This document shows positions 8,230 to 19,287 of a stretch of DNA of 39,067 nt, in pieces (within the stretch, counting starts at the first letter, position 1; each line of letters starts with the position of its first letter). Source of the stretch: a virus (taxonomy: Duplodnaviria; Heunggongvirae; Uroviricota; Caudoviricetes); IMG/VR virus record IMGVR_UViG_2703718794_000007. One strand, written 5' to 3'. The position numbers and the translations under genes are program-made. The notes beneath the pieces are model-generated. The model was not told the DNA's origin, ran no database searches, and was given only the letters and a program-made list of their open reading frames with translations.

Positions 8230-11023
8230 TATCCGGGTCGCTTTCAGCGCCGTTGACAGGCTAACCCGACCTGCCGAAAACGCACGCCGCCTGATGAGGC
8301 AGTTTGGTGACTCCATCCAGCGAACGCAGGGGGCGATCAAAAATCTCGAGCGTCAGGCGCGTTCATTTGAGCGCGCCCGCGACGCTGTCAGTAAAGCGGA
8401 TGCGGGTATCGTGAAAGCACGACGCCAGCTTAACGCCCTTAATCAGTTACAACGCACGGGTACAGTGCTCAGCGAAAAACAACAAAAGCTGATGCAGCAG
8501 TTAAGCACCCGGCTTGAACGCCTGAATGAATCGCGCACACGGGAAATTCAGAAAATGCGGGAGCTTGGCGGAGAGCTGAAACGCCACGGCATTTCCCTGA
8601 CAGGCAGCGATAACACCATCCAGCAGGCCATCAGACGCACCGAACAATACAACAACCAGCTTGAACGCGAACGGCAGGCGCTTGCGCGTGTAACGCGGGC
8701 GCGTGAGCGGTATTCGCGCGCGCAGGAAACAGCGGGAAAACTGAAAACAGGTGGTGCGCTGGCAATTGGTGCGGCAGCGGCGGGCGGCTATGCTGCCGGG
8801 CGTTTTTTGCAGCCTGCGATCGGGTTCGGGAAAGAGATGTCCCGCGTTCAGGCACTGACGCGAATCGACAAAAACAGCCCGCAGTTTAAGGCGCTGCGTG
8901 AGCAGGCGTTAAAACTTGGCTCTGAAACGCAGTTCACCGCAGGCGATGCCGCCAGTGGGCAGGCATTTCTTGCAATGGCTGGCTTCACACCGCAGGCCAT
9001 TCAGGCTGCGCTTCCGGGCGTGCTGAGCATGGCAACGGCTGGCGGTATGGACCTTGGCGAGACGGCGGATATTGGCTCAAATATCCTGACGCAGTTCGGC
9101 CTCTCCGCTGACCAGATGGACCGGGTCGGTGACACGCTTACAGCAGCGTTTACCCGTACTAACACTGACCTTCGCGCGCTGGGCGAAACCATGAAATATG
9201 CAGGTCCGGTGGCGGGTAAGCTGGGAATATCGCTGGAGCAGGCCGCAGCGATGGCGGGCGTGCTGGCGAATATGGGTATCAGAGGGAGTGATGCCGGGAC
9301 GGCAATGCGTGCCAGCCTGGCTCGTCTGGCATCACCGCCAAAGGCGGCAGCAGAGGCGCTGAAAGAGCTTGGCGTGTCTGTCTCGGATGCCGGGGGCAAA
9401 ATGCGCCCGATGGAGGATGTGCTGGCTGACCTTTATAAAGCTACCCGCAAATACGGGGAAGTTGACCGGGTATCGTTCTTTAAGGACATTGCCGGAGAAG
9501 AGGCTTTCACATCATTTATGGCCCTCGTTGATGCGGCAGGTGACGGCTCCTTACCCAAACTGAGAAAAGAACTTGAAGGCGCGCGCGGTGAGGCTGAACG
9601 CACGGCAAAGGTTATGGCCAACAACCTTGACGGCGATCTGAAATCACTCAGCAGTGCATGGGAAGGGTTGCGCATCCGCATTGCAGATCTGATTGACGGT
9701 CCGCTGCGTTCTGTCACGCAGTGGCTCACGCGTGTGGTATCAAAGGTGACGGCGCTGGCGCAGGCCCATCCGGTACTGACGCGCCAGCTACTGATAGCAG
9801 GCGGTGCGTTGCTGGCAATGACTGCAACGATTGGCTCGTTGTCGCTGGTTATTGGGGTGCTTTACGGGAAGCTGGCCACCCTGCGTCTTGGTTTTGACAT
9901 TCTTACCCGGTCAATGAATGTTGTCAGGGTGTTGCCTGCGCTGTGGGGAATGGTGACGGGTTCCGTTTCTTTACTGGGAGGTGCTATCGGGGCGCTGTTC
10001 AGCCCGGTTGGTCTTATCGTGGCTGCGCTTGCCGGAGCTGCCGTTCTTATCTGGAAATACTGGGATCCCATCAGGGCATTTTTTGCCGGGGTGTTCAGCG
10101 GGATTATGGAAAGGCTGACCCCGTTGCGCGAAACCTTTGAACGGTTTGGTCCTGTTTTTGACGCAATCGGAAGCGGGATCAGCCAGGTGTTTAACTGGTT
10201 TAAATCGCTGCTGTCACCGATGGAATCCAGCAAGGAAACGCTGGATAAATGTACCAGTGCTGGCGAGATATTCGGTAACGTTCTTGGCGGTGCGTTACAG
10301 CTTGTTCTGACACCTGCAAAAATGCTACTGGATACGCTGGCGTGGATACTTGAAAAACTTGGCGTCCTTCCGGATGAAGCGGAAAGGGCGCGCAAGAAAA
10401 TCGAAGACGCACAGCGTGCGGCCATTCTTCAGGACAAGGTTGCCTTGCTTCAGGGGGACCTTGCGAAAATCAATCTGCCGAAGCCTGTGGAAAATGGCAA
10501 TGGCACCGGAGGTGATAAACCCGAAGACAACAAACCGCTCACAGACAGCAATACCGGGACGCTACGCAGACTCAGCAAAATTGCTGATAACACAGGTAAG
10601 CTGGTTGATGAGACGAAAAAACGCATTGGCCCCGGCGATATTGTCTTTAAGAACCTGCCCCGCGCACTTGCTGTTCGTGGGGAGTGGCAGGAGCGGAAGA
10701 TTGCGCAGGTCAGTAAGCCTGCCCCCGCAATTAATATCACACCCGTGGTCCCGGCTCCGCTGCCTCCGGCGCTGGTCCCTGTTGTTGCGGCCAACTCCCG
10801 CCCGGTGGCGGAGGCCATACGATCTCCAGTGGCATCAGTTCCTGTAACTTCCCGTAACCGGGAGCCTGTTGCCTCCGGATTTGGTGGTGAAATTCATGTT
10901 CATCTGCATAACGTTGTTACGCAGAATCCCCGCGAACTGGCGAAACTGGTCGGTGAAATGGTCAGGGCAGAAATGGAACGGCGCGCCCGTGCCGGGCGTG
11001 GCAGTTTTTACGATAAAGATTGA
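8207..11023 (+). CDS. T: Tail tape measure protein T
   Basis: ORF 8180-11023 (947 aa from a GTG); coiled-coil N-terminus and Gly/Ala-rich hydrophobic middle; first ATG at 8207 overlaps the end of E'. Confidence 0.85.
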   Translation: MQTMKTLDIRVAFSAVDRLTRPAENARRLMRQFGDSIQRTQGAIKNLERQARSFERARDAVSKADAGIVKARRQLNALNQLQRTGTVLSEKQQKLMQQLSTRLERLNESRTREIQKMRELGGELKRHGISLTGSDNTIQQAIRRTEQYNNQLERERQALARVTRARERYSRAQETAGKLKTGGALAIGAAAAGGYAAGRFLQPAIGFGKEMSRVQALTRIDKNSPQFKALREQALKLGSETQFTAGDAASGQAFLAMAGFTPQAIQAALPGVLSMATAGGMDLGETADIGSNILTQFGLSADQMDRVGDTLTAAFTRTNTDLRALGETMKYAGPVAGKLGISLEQAAAMAGVLANMGIRGSDAGTAMRASLARLASPPKAAAEALKELGVSVSDAGGKMRPMEDVLADLYKATRKYGEVDRVSFFKDIAGEEAFTSFMALVDAAGDGSLPKLRKELEGARGEAERTAKVMANNLDGDLKSLSSAWEGLRIRIADLIDGPLRSVTQWLTRVVSKVTALAQAHPVLTRQLLIAGGALLAMTATIGSLSLVIGVLYGKLATLRLGFDILTRSMNVVRVLPALWGMVTGSVSLLGGAIGALFSPVGLIVAALAGAAVLIWKYWDPIRAFFAGVFSGIMERLTPLRETFERFGPVFDAIGSGISQVFNWFKSLLSPMESSKETLDKCTSAGEIFGNVLGGALQLVLTPAKMLLDTLAWILEKLGVLPDEAERARKKIEDAQRAAILQDKVALLQGDLAKINLPKPVENGNGTGGDKPEDNKPLTDSNTGTLRRLSKIADNTGKLVDETKKRIGPGDIVFKNLPRALAVRGEWQERKIAQVSKPAPAINITPVVPAPLPPALVPVVAANSRPVAEAIRSPVASVPVTSRNREPVASGFGGEIHVHLHNVVTQNPRELAKLVGEMVRAEMERRARAGRGSFYDKD

Positions 11024-11029
11024 GGAGTC

Positions 11030-11524
11030 ATGGCCATGATGATGATCTACGGCATGTTTGTTTTTGAGCTGCGCACGCTGCCGCATCAGCAGTTACAGCA
11101 AAACAAAAGCTGGCGGCATGTGAAAAATGAACGCGTTAACCGTTCAGCAAGCTGGCAGTATATCGGTGCAGGTGATGATCGCATCGTTCTTTCTGGTGTG
11201 CTTTATCCTGAAATTACAGGTGGCGAAGTGTCGCTGTCGCTGCTGACCACGCAGGCGTATACAGGACGACCCTGGCCTTTGATTGATGGCGTCGGGCAGA
11301 TTTACGGCATGTATGTCCTGACCGGAACGAATACGACCCGTTCCGAGTTTGATCGCTACGGTAAGGCGAAAAAGATAGAATTTTCACTGACTCTTGAACG
11401 CTGTGATGAGGATTTGCGGGAGCGCCTGCAATCCTCATCGTTCAGCGATATGCTGTCCGGCTTCAAAGATAAAGTGACATCATCCCTTAACAGCGCGGCC
11501 AGTTCAGTTAAAGGGCTGTTCTGA
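11030..11524 (+). CDS. U: Tail protein U
   Basis: 164 aa; similar to P2 gpU including YPEITGG. Confidence 0.85.
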   Translation: MAMMMIYGMFVFELRTLPHQQLQQNKSWRHVKNERVNRSASWQYIGAGDDRIVLSGVLYPEITGGEVSLSLLTTQAYTGRPWPLIDGVGQIYGMYVLTGTNTTRSEFDRYGKAKKIEFSLTLERCDEDLRERLQSSSFSDMLSGFKDKVTSSLNSAASSVKGLF

Positions 11525-11686
11525 TTTAATGCTGGCCACTCATACCTGGTAATAAGTGGCCAGTCTTAACACTCACCATTTGATTGCACCCGTGTTGACG
11601 ATTTGTTACTGGATATCAGACACGCTGGATAGCCAGTAGAAACATACCATTAAAATTATTACAATAATTGGCCACATGATTATCTT

Positions 11687-12249
11687 ATGCTAAATAATAG
11701 AGATATGAATATTAATGAACTTAAAGATTGTATTCACTATGAAGTAATCGGTAGCGAGCGTCCTTTCTCTTGGCGAAAGGCAATTGTTCGCGCAATAAAA
11801 CATAGAAGGGTTCGTTATTTATTTTGGTGGCGCATAGCCAAATACTTTTTGATAAAGGCGGATACTGTCGGAAGATTGCGGGGAAAATAGAACGTTTCAT
11901 TCTTGATAAATATAATGTAACAGTCCCTTTAACTGTAAATATAGGGAAAGGCTTTGATATTTCTTATCTCAACAGTGTTGTTATCGGTCACAAAGTAACA
12001 ATCGGTGAAAATTGTTCAATAAAACCAGGGGTAACTATTGGGCTACGTGGTGATTTTAATGATATGGATATTGTTATAGGACATAATGTGACCATTGGTT
12101 GTAATGCCACCATTCTTGGTGGCAAAGTGCGTATAGGAAATAATGTCACAATAGGTGCTCATGCATTGGTATTGCATGATATTCCTGATGATTCAACATT
12201 CATCACTAAATTTCAGTCTGAAGTTATCTGCTCGTCCTCCCGTACATAA
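11687..12249 (+). pseudogene. Hexapeptide-repeat (WcaB/CysE-like) sugar O-acetyltransferase split by a frameshift
   Basis: ORF 11687-11890 carries the N-terminal YLFWWRIAKYF-type segment and ORF 11824-12249 the hexapeptide VIG/TIG repeats in another frame; AT-rich. Confidence 0.6.
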
Positions 12250-12836
12250 CCCTGATTCATCAGCTCTGGCCATACGATATCCGGAGCTGTACTGGTGTCA
12301 ATTCGACTCACTAATACTCTGTATTTTCTCCAGGAATCCAGTTGTGAATTTTCCTCGTTTGTTGCTATTTCAAGATTAACTGCATCCTGCAGAATTGCGA
12401 TGTTATCTGTTGCCTCCTGGATCAACCTTGCTTTTTTCTCTTCCGCTTCTCGTATCCGAAACAGTTTTTCTGCTTCCTCATCCTTCACCCAGGATACGCC
12501 GTCCCACCTCTGATACTCCCCTGCTGGCGACAACCAGGTGACATTCTCTGGTAGCGGTCCGAGTTCAGAAATAAACAATGCGTCCCCCGACGCCACGTCA
12601 TAGACCGTTTTACCACGATGGTCTTCAACAATATGCCACGATGCATCATCACTGTTGAAAACAGCCACGAAGCCAGCCGGAATATCTGGCGGTGCAATAT
12701 CGGTACTGTTTGCTGGCAGACCTGTATGAGGCGGAATGTATGCGTCACCTTCACCAATAAATTCATTAGTTCCGGCCAGCAGATTATAAATTGTTATGGT
12801 CCGTGGTTGTTCACTCATTCTGAAATCCATGTTCAC
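12213..12836 (-). CDS. Tail fibre assembly chaperone (gpG/Tfa family)
   Basis: 207-aa ORF downstream of the fibre genes; C-terminal [12 protein letters not shown] motif is typical of Tfa. Confidence 0.8.
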   Translation of the reverse strand: MNMDFRMSEQPRTITIYNLLAGTNEFIGEGDAYIPPHTGLPANSTDIAPPDIPAGFVAVFNSDDASWHIVEDHRGKTVYDVASGDALFISELGPLPENVTWLSPAGEYQRWDGVSWVKDEEAEKLFRIREAEEKKARLIQEATDNIAILQDAVNLEIATNEENSQLDSWRKYRVLVSRIDTSTAPDIVWPELMNQGYVREDEQITSD

Positions 12837-12838
12837 CT

Positions 12839-13741
12839 CTACTTAATATCAGAGACAGAATATTGTTTATTGAGCGTATGGGTGTGAGCACCAATAACGA
12901 TGCTACTTCCGTGGCTATGTGCGCCAGAGATGACATTACCTACGGGATTTTCTGGATTAATCCGGTGTATATGCGAACCAGGGCGAAACCGGTTATTAGC
13001 CTGATGTTGTATCAGTACATCATCAGCCTGATGTTCAGGGTTAATACAGACCTGCCCGGAACGTGAGCAATATGTCCGATAATCGCCGCATCCAATATAT
13101 TTAGTATCCGCATAACGGCAAACAGAATTACCCGGACAGTATGCATATGTGCCAAATACTGCCGACTGGCGGGATTGTGCGTATTCCCAGTTAATTGATT
13201 CTGTTTTTTTATTAAAGTTATCCCATGCCTGCTTCATCTGCCGGGCAACACTTTCAAACGGCACCTGACCACATCCGGCTCCCATTGCAGGGAATACCAC
13301 CGTTTTTATTTTCCTGTCTGTCGTTGCGTGTTTATTGTGCTGAAAGATGGCAAGCAGAGCGGCCCAGGTTGCGTTATATACAGCGTCTGTTCCGTCAATT
13401 GTCAGCGGAACACGCATTGTTGGCGCATGTACCAGCCAGGGATGATGATTATGCCCCGTTTCAATAACAAATGCAGAACCTACAGGCTGCTCGCCTAGAT
13501 ATTCACGAAGAATATGATTCTGAACGCGGGACTGTAACTGAGTACCGAAGAATGCGGTAATGGCGGCATCAACACCGCCATCCATCAGGCCGAAACTATT
13601 TGCCGCACTTACCATGCAGTCAAATTCCCTGATTGTTTCAAATGGCTTTCCGACAATATTCACATTATCTGCATTTGCGAATACCCGCTTAAATGCTTCA
13701 GCCATTTCTGTTACTGGTGCAGAAAGAATGAGCGTAATCAT
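12839..13741 (-). CDS. Macro-domain protein fused to a Cys/His-rich fibre-tip-like C-terminal domain
   Basis: 300 aa; N-terminal [17 protein letters not shown] and [14 protein letters not shown] match macro-domain motifs; C-terminus has three HxH motifs (GSHIHR, GAHSHG, GAHTHT) like those at the H C-terminus; ATGA-coupled to H. Confidence 0.75.
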   Translation of the reverse strand: MITLILSAPVTEMAEAFKRVFANADNVNIVGKPFETIREFDCMVSAANSFGLMDGGVDAAITAFFGTQLQSRVQNHILREYLGEQPVGSAFVIETGHNHHPWLVHAPTMRVPLTIDGTDAVYNATWAALLAIFQHNKHATTDRKIKTVVFPAMGAGCGQVPFESVARQMKQAWDNFNKKTESINWEYAQSRQSAVFGTYAYCPGNSVCRYADTKYIGCGDYRTYCSRSGQVCINPEHQADDVLIQHQANNRFRPGSHIHRINPENPVGNVISGAHSHGSSIVIGAHTHTLNKQYSVSDIK

Positions 13742-15564
13742 GCAAGCCTCACAATATAGTTAAATGCGATGTTTTTGACAGTGTTTTCCGCGTTACCAGC
13801 AGCGTTAACGGTGATGGTGTGTCCATGTGAACCAATCGCAACAGAGTGCGTATGAGCGCCAATACCAACAGTGTGTGCATGTGCCCCAGCACTTGTAGCG
13901 GTACCTGATACTGAGTGGGTATGTGCGCCAGAAGAAGGCACAGTTCCATTCCCCACCACCGTGCCACTTGATGAACCATCCAGCCAGTCGAAATTCATAC
14001 CGCCACTGTTTGATCTCCTTAATGGAACGGTATGAGTATGTGCGCCAGCACTATTTGCAGTACCAGATACATTATGGGTATGTGCACCTGTGTTATTCGT
14101 TGATTTAGTACCGTAATCAAACGACGATGTGGTTTTCGTACCCAAATCCGTACTGGATGCGCTGGCGCTGTGGGTGTGCGATTTAATGCCATCCTGTTCC
14201 TGAGACAATACGGCCCGACCAGTGGCGGGTTTTCCTTTGATTGTCCAGCCACGCATATCAGGGAGCACACCAGAGGGATAAGCTACTGCAAGTTTCGGGT
14301 ATGCTGATTTGTCAAAAGCCTGTCCCACCATGATAGCGTAACCGTCAGGCGGCGTATCTGACGGCCACGGCAGAGGTATTCCCGGTGGTAATGCTTCAAT
14401 TCCCTTTGTGCCATCAAAAGCAACACCACTGATGGGGTGTGCTGTTTCCAGTTTACTTGCAGATACTGCGTTACCTGTTGCGGATAATGCGCCAATATCC
14501 TGCACTGTGGGCTTGTTTTTATCCGTGTAAGTGCGGTACCAGATGGTTTTTTTTCCCTTGTCCAGTATCACCCCGGTAAATTGTGCCCGGTGTTCTTTTG
14601 TGGTCGGATCTGAATCTTCCAGCCCTGTGGTGATCCTGACTATTCCGCCGATGATTTCGCCAAACACTTCAATCAGGCAGCCGCCCAGGCCGATATCACC
14701 GTACCCCGTGTCAGTAAGCACGCAGTGCTGTGACAGCGAAATATTAGCCCTGAATATCCAGCTCCCTGTTCTGAAGGCGCCACGCTCATTCAGCCACTCC
14801 ACGAATTGTTCCGTTGTCCAGCGTTGTCCTGCTTTACCTATGTACCCGTTTTTTGCATAAACGCGTGGTGTGCCCACGTTGATCAGGAACAGCTCCTTGT
14901 TGGGGATGTCCTCACCATTGCGGTTTTTCGCAAGCCGACCATCAGCGTTGTCCATGGCGATCTTTATGGCCTTTGGCGTGGCTGCCTGGGTCTCTGATGT
15001 ACTGGTGGTGTCGCTGCTTAACTGAGTAAAACCTTTTGTGGTCAGCGAGGCATCCGGGTGACGTCGTGACTGTTCATGCTCTTTCAGTTTGTCATCCACG
15101 TAATCCACTGTGGCCATCACCATGGTGTTATCCACGGTAAGCGCCACGGTGGCAGTGCTGGATACGGTCAGAATGGTGCGAAATGTTTGTGCACGTCCGG
15201 ACCCTTCGGCAACGGTTGGTTTGTAACTTTCGGCAGTATTGCCCACCGCGATTAAATCGCCGTGCTCATCAAATACACCAATTTCCCGGATCCAGAATCC
15301 GCCCGTTTCAGGAGGAATAACCAGCTCCGCAATAATGCGGTTCTGATGTGTTGCGTCCAGGATGACGCGATTAACAGTGTTTCGCCACACCTCATGCACC
15401 AGACGGATCTGCTTACTGTCTGGTGTGGGCAACGTGCCGCCACCGTCGCCCACGGCCATATGAGTCAGGCGGACAGGCTTACCATCTGGCGCGGCTGCCT
15501 GAGCTAATTTTTTTGCACCCGTATCGGTGATAACGGTTTTAAATTTTCGTGTTGTGGTACTCAT
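13738..15564 (-). CDS. H: Tail fibre protein H
   Basis: 608 aa; conserved N-terminus and C-terminal GAHTH repeats. Confidence 0.85.
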   Translation of the reverse strand: MSTTTRKFKTVITDTGAKKLAQAAAPDGKPVRLTHMAVGDGGGTLPTPDSKQIRLVHEVWRNTVNRVILDATHQNRIIAELVIPPETGGFWIREIGVFDEHGDLIAVGNTAESYKPTVAEGSGRAQTFRTILTVSSTATVALTVDNTMVMATVDYVDDKLKEHEQSRRHPDASLTTKGFTQLSSDTTSTSETQAATPKAIKIAMDNADGRLAKNRNGEDIPNKELFLINVGTPRVYAKNGYIGKAGQRWTTEQFVEWLNERGAFRTGSWIFRANISLSQHCVLTDTGYGDIGLGGCLIEVFGEIIGGIVRITTGLEDSDPTTKEHRAQFTGVILDKGKKTIWYRTYTDKNKPTVQDIGALSATGNAVSASKLETAHPISGVAFDGTKGIEALPPGIPLPWPSDTPPDGYAIMVGQAFDKSAYPKLAVAYPSGVLPDMRGWTIKGKPATGRAVLSQEQDGIKSHTHSASASSTDLGTKTTSSFDYGTKSTNNTGAHTHNVSGTANSAGAHTHTVPLRRSNSGGMNFDWLDGSSSGTVVGNGTVPSSGAHTHSVSGTATSAGAHAHTVGIGAHTHSVAIGSHGHTITVNAAGNAENTVKNIAFNYIVRLA

Positions 15565-15566
15565 GC

Positions 15567-16097
15567 TTAATCGCCTGGATAAATGGTAATAACTTCACCG
15601 TCATAAGTTGCCGCCGCTGCGAAAATATCCCCCGGAATTTCCTGAATGATATTCAGCCCTGTCATGTGGCGGCTGACCGGACGGGCATCAGCAATCAACC
15701 GCTCCATTTCCAGATACATTTTCTCCGTCACGCCACTGTCCAGTGTGCCGACTTCAACGGTAAATGTTCCCGGTTCTCCGCCGAACTCCCACCACTCAGA
15801 CACGCGAATGAGGTATCCCAGCGGTTCAATGGCCCTGCGCAGTGCGCTGATGGTCCCTTTGTGTCGGTGTATCAGCCATGCATCACGAATAACCTGTCGC
15901 TTTGTCTCTTCCGGCCAGTTGCGATCCCAGCGGTCAACGGAAAATGCCCAGGCGAGATAAGGCAGCAGATGCACCGGGCAGGTGTCCGGCGACCACAGCG
16001 TGTTGAGGTCTACCGGGATGTCTGTAATGCGCGCTCCGACAGCTTCGGCACAACGCATGAAATTGCTGGCTGATGGCGGTAACAGTGAATTACTCAT
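15567..16097 (-). CDS. I: Baseplate protein I
   Basis: ORF 15567-16130; start placed at in-frame MSNSLLPP; position between J and H. Confidence 0.8.
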   Translation of the reverse strand: MSNSLLPPSASNFMRCAEAVGARITDIPVDLNTLWSPDTCPVHLLPYLAWAFSVDRWDRNWPEETKRQVIRDAWLIHRHKGTISALRRAIEPLGYLIRVSEWWEFGGEPGTFTVEVGTLDSGVTEKMYLEMERLIADARPVSRHMTGLNIIQEIPGDIFAAAATYDGEVITIYPGD

Positions 16098-16986
16098 TAC
16101 GCCCACCTTCGCTGATGGTGAATGACTCACAGCGCGCCGCCTGTATGTCGCTGATGGCCATATTCTGTGTAGGTTCGATTATCTCCACGCGTTGCACACC
16201 GTGCACATGCAGTGCGGCAGCAATGGCGGACAACGCCACGTCCTGACCGATAAGCCCCTGCTCAGCCAGCCACTTCCTGAACGACGATTCAGCCGCAGCC
16301 AGAATAGGTTCGGATTCCGGACCGGGGTAAAAGTACAGTTTTGCATTCAGCCGCCATGTCACGATGCTGGCGCTCTGTACGGTCAGGCGGTCGGCCACCG
16401 GGCGGGTATCCTCTGCATTCAGAACGGCGCGAACGGTATTAAGCAACGCCTCCGTTGCTGTGCCGTCGCCTTTAGTGGACAGAATGGAAACCGTCACATT
16501 TGCCGGAGACGGACTGATAGCCCGCGCATCACGCACCAGACCGCTGGCGCTGCGGGCAAAATACTCGTATGCACCTGACGGGCCAGCAACACTCAGGCCG
16601 TCGTACGCCCGCTGCGCCCGCAGTCTCAGCGAGGTGTCGCTCTCCATCACCGCGTCGGTGGTATCCGTTGCCGGAGTGATAACCAGGCGCTTTGTGTTCA
16701 TATTGCCCGCGAGGTTGTCCAGGTCTGTCCCGGCGCTGTGGCTTAACATGCAGGCGCGTGCACCCTCATTGACCCGCTGGCGTAACAGCATTTCACGAAA
16801 CGCTGTTGTCTGGGCGATAACGTTCAGTGGTTCCGATTCCAGCTCCAGCGCGGCGGAGACGGCTTCACGCTGTTCGGCGGGATAAGCCGCAATCATCATG
16901 GCCTTTGTGTCAGCCAGAATTGCCTCAAAGTCAGGCTCCGCGATGATGGCGGGGTCCGGTAACTGTGAAAGGTCAACGGCGGGCAT
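16090..16986 (-). CDS. J: Baseplate wedge protein J
   Basis: 298 aa between W and I; P2 gpJ size and position. Confidence 0.85.
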   Translation of the reverse strand: MPAVDLSQLPDPAIIAEPDFEAILADTKAMMIAAYPAEQREAVSAALELESEPLNVIAQTTAFREMLLRQRVNEGARACMLSHSAGTDLDNLAGNMNTKRLVITPATDTTDAVMESDTSLRLRAQRAYDGLSVAGPSGAYEYFARSASGLVRDARAISPSPANVTVSILSTKGDGTATEALLNTVRAVLNAEDTRPVADRLTVQSASIVTWRLNAKLYFYPGPESEPILAAAESSFRKWLAEQGLIGQDVALSAIAAALHVHGVQRVEIIEPTQNMAISDIQAARCESFTISEGGRNE

Positions 16987-16989
16987 GAT

Positions 16990-17340
16990 TTACTCCCTTA
17001 GCGTGATGGTTAATTCAACATTCTGCATGGTCTGCATGACAGTGCCCGACAGCGTCACCCCGGCGCGGCCTCCCGCTTTCCAGACAACGTCGATGGCATC
17101 CAGGGCAATGCGGGGTTCCCATCGTGTCAGCGCAATCACGGCAGCACTCATGCATTGCAGACGCGTGGTGTTATTCATGGGTTCGTCAATCAAATCAGGC
17201 ACAAGGCTGCCATATTCCCGTCGCATAACCCGGCTTGCCAGCGGGGTGGTCAGGATGTCCCTGACTGACTGTTTCAGGTGCTCCATATCGTTCAGGTTTC
17301 CCGTCCCGTCCGGATTCATTCCTGTGTAGCGGGTTGTCAC
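16990..17340 (-). CDS. W: Baseplate protein W (gp25-like)
   Basis: 116 aa downstream of V. Confidence 0.8.
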   Translation of the reverse strand: MTTRYTGMNPDGTGNLNDMEHLKQSVRDILTTPLASRVMRREYGSLVPDLIDEPMNNTTRLQCMSAAVIALTRWEPRIALDAIDVVWKAGGRAGVTLSGTVMQTMQNVELTITLRE

Positions 17341-17918
17341 TGCGGGCCTCCTGTCGAATCGCTGCCGCCTTTCACGCCACCGTGTTTATGCGTATGCACG
17401 GTAATGCCGTTTGAGGTGAAGTTGCCGCCGCTGTGCGTGATATTGCCGCTCATCTTTCCTCCTTTTGTGACGTCAAGCGTCGCCGTTCTCAGAAGGTTTG
17501 TGCATTCCACGACGGGCGTATCCAGTTTCACGCTGACGGATGCCTGCAAAGTGGCCGTTTTCATGCCGCTGGCGCTCAGTGCGCCTGCGTCTGCGTCGTA
17601 GCGGAACACCGCGCCATCCGGCGCGCTGACCACGATTTCTTTCAGGCTTTTGCCGGGGGCCGGACTGGCATCACTCCACAGGCTGCCAATTATCATGGCG
17701 GTTTCCGGGTTGCCGCCAATGCAGGCAATTACCACCTGTTCGCCCACTGATGGCGGCAGCCACACATTGAAGGCCCCCGCGCGCGTGGTGTTCCAGCGCA
17801 ACCAGCCTGTTTCCAGTTCGCCGCTGCGAACGCGCACGCGCCAGGACTTCTCATCAACTTCAGAGATGATCCCGGTGCGGATGATATTGCTCAGCAGTCG
17901 CATGAGTTCTGCGCTCAC
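17337..17918 (-). CDS. V: Baseplate spike/assembly protein V
   Basis: 193 aa; first gene of the V-W-J-I-H block. Confidence 0.85.
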   Translation of the reverse strand: MSAELMRLLSNIIRTGIISEVDEKSWRVRVRSGELETGWLRWNTTRAGAFNVWLPPSVGEQVVIACIGGNPETAMIIGSLWSDASPAPGKSLKEIVVSAPDGAVFRYDADAGALSASGMKTATLQASVSVKLDTPVVECTNLLRTATLDVTKGGKMSGNITHSGGNFTSNGITVHTHKHGGVKGGSDSTGGPQ

Positions 17919-18559
17919 CGTACAGCCTCCGCAATCCGGCCCAGCACCGTGTTATAAATCAGGCGCTCATCTGCCTGGCTGATACCCAGCAGCTCACGTA
18001 CCGGGTAATCGGTGAAAATGCCCGGCGCAACCTGATCGCGCTCACCGAACTGATGAACGCGTGCAATACGTGCGGCCACGCCGCTGTAACCCACCGTCAC
18101 ACCGGAAGCATCTGCACGGGCTTTCAGGTAGCGGGCGGTGCGCAGTTTTACGAACATGGGGACGCGCTTTGTGCTGTCCTGGTTGATGCGCCTGGTGCGT
18201 ATTTCCAGAAAACGGTTGATGTCATCCCGGTAAAACGTGCGGATATTGTTTTTATCCTCATCCCACCCGGTAATGGTTCGCCCGTATTTCCCCGTGTCGT
18301 GATGCCAGTTTTTCAGCGTGCGTGCTTCGTTATTCCAGATAAAGCGAATGCGTTCCTGTATCCTGGTTACGCGGCGTCTGCGTGGTGTCCACGCGGTCCC
18401 GTCCGGCGCTTTCTGTGACCGGATACGCGCCTGCTGGGCGCGGCGTAAATCCTGTGCCAGCTTTCTGGCGATGTTATTGATGGCCTGCTGATTCAGGCTG
18501 TCGCGGATGGCCTCAAGGGTTTCATCCACGCGGGTGAATGCCTTATCCATCGCTTTCAC
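17915..18559 (-). CDS. S: Tail completion / virion morphogenesis protein S
   Basis: 214 aa downstream of R by synteny. Confidence 0.75.
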   Translation of the reverse strand: MKAMDKAFTRVDETLEAIRDSLNQQAINNIARKLAQDLRRAQQARIRSQKAPDGTAWTPRRRRVTRIQERIRFIWNNEARTLKNWHHDTGKYGRTITGWDEDKNNIRTFYRDDINRFLEIRTRRINQDSTKRVPMFVKLRTARYLKARADASGVTVGYSGVAARIARVHQFGERDQVAPGIFTDYPVRELLGISQADERLIYNTVLGRIAEAVR

Positions 18560-19010
18560 CCCACGTCACATCCTGGAATACATGCGACCAGTCGCCTTCG
18601 GAAGATGGCAGGCGGGGTTTTGGCTCCGGCAGGTGTTCTGCCTGCGGGGTGCCCTGACTGATGCGCGTGATGCGAACGCGTTCCCGCAGGGGGAGCGTAA
18701 ACAGGAGATCGGCGCTGTCATCGTCATTGATAACGGCGGAGAATTTGATGTCCTGATTACGCTCAGGGTTGAGCAACAACTGTGGCTGATTTTCGGATAA
18801 CCACGCCAGCAGCGGCAGCGTGAGGTCGTCCAGCTCCCCGGCGTAATCCATGACAAACATCACCATCTGATAGCGGTAAACAAACGATGGGGTTTCTCCT
18901 GTCGTTTCAATGTTGCCGCTCTCCACGAAAATGGTGAATTTTTCCGGGTTGGCCTGACACCATCGGCATGAACGGGTCATGGCTTCACGCAGGGAATCAG
19001 TTTTCAGCAT
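18543..19010 (-). CDS. R: Tail completion protein R
   Basis: 155 aa after the lysis genes; matches P2 gpR size. Confidence 0.8.
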   Translation of the reverse strand: MLKTDSLREAMTRSCRWCQANPEKFTIFVESGNIETTGETPSFVYRYQMVMFVMDYAGELDDLTLPLLAWLSENQPQLLLNPERNQDIKFSAVINDDDSADLLFTLPLRERVRITRISQGTPQAEHLPEPKPRLPSSEGDWSHVFQDVTWGESDG

Positions 19011-19287
19011 GGTTGTTGTCCTCGTTGTTCAGTCTTTGCAGCCTGCGCTGTTCCAGTAATTCAATGGCCCGTTTATCCGCGTTACAGGTTTCCAGTGCAT
19101 CCAGAAGGCGGTCGCCCCATATACCGAGATTTCCCCATGTGGGAGTGTCAGGGAAGGGGGGAGGCGTTACCGGTATGGTCAGCGTCTGCGGTATAAGCCG
19201 GACTGACGGCGCTGGCCGTGGCGCGTTCTGCGTGCCTGCGCAACCTGTCAGAAAAACGAGCGTCAGGCAAAGCGTGGGCGCATTCAT
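18997..19287 (-). CDS. Outer-membrane spanin lipoprotein (LysC/Rz1-like)
   Basis: ORF 18997-19317; from MNAPTL it has the lipobox LTGC and a Pro-rich region; partly embedded in the i-spanin gene in another frame. Confidence 0.6.
   Translation of the reverse strand: MNAPTLCLTLVFLTGCAGTQNAPRPAPSVRLIPQTLTIPVTPPPFPDTPTWGNLGIWGDRLLDALETCNADKRAIELLEQRRLQRLNNEDNNHAEN

Noticed and set aside
8631-10847. Multiple antisense or alternative-frame ORFs inside the tape-measure gene
   Set aside because: Shadow ORFs within a well-supported long gene; Arg/Ala/Ser/Pro-rich non-coding-like composition.
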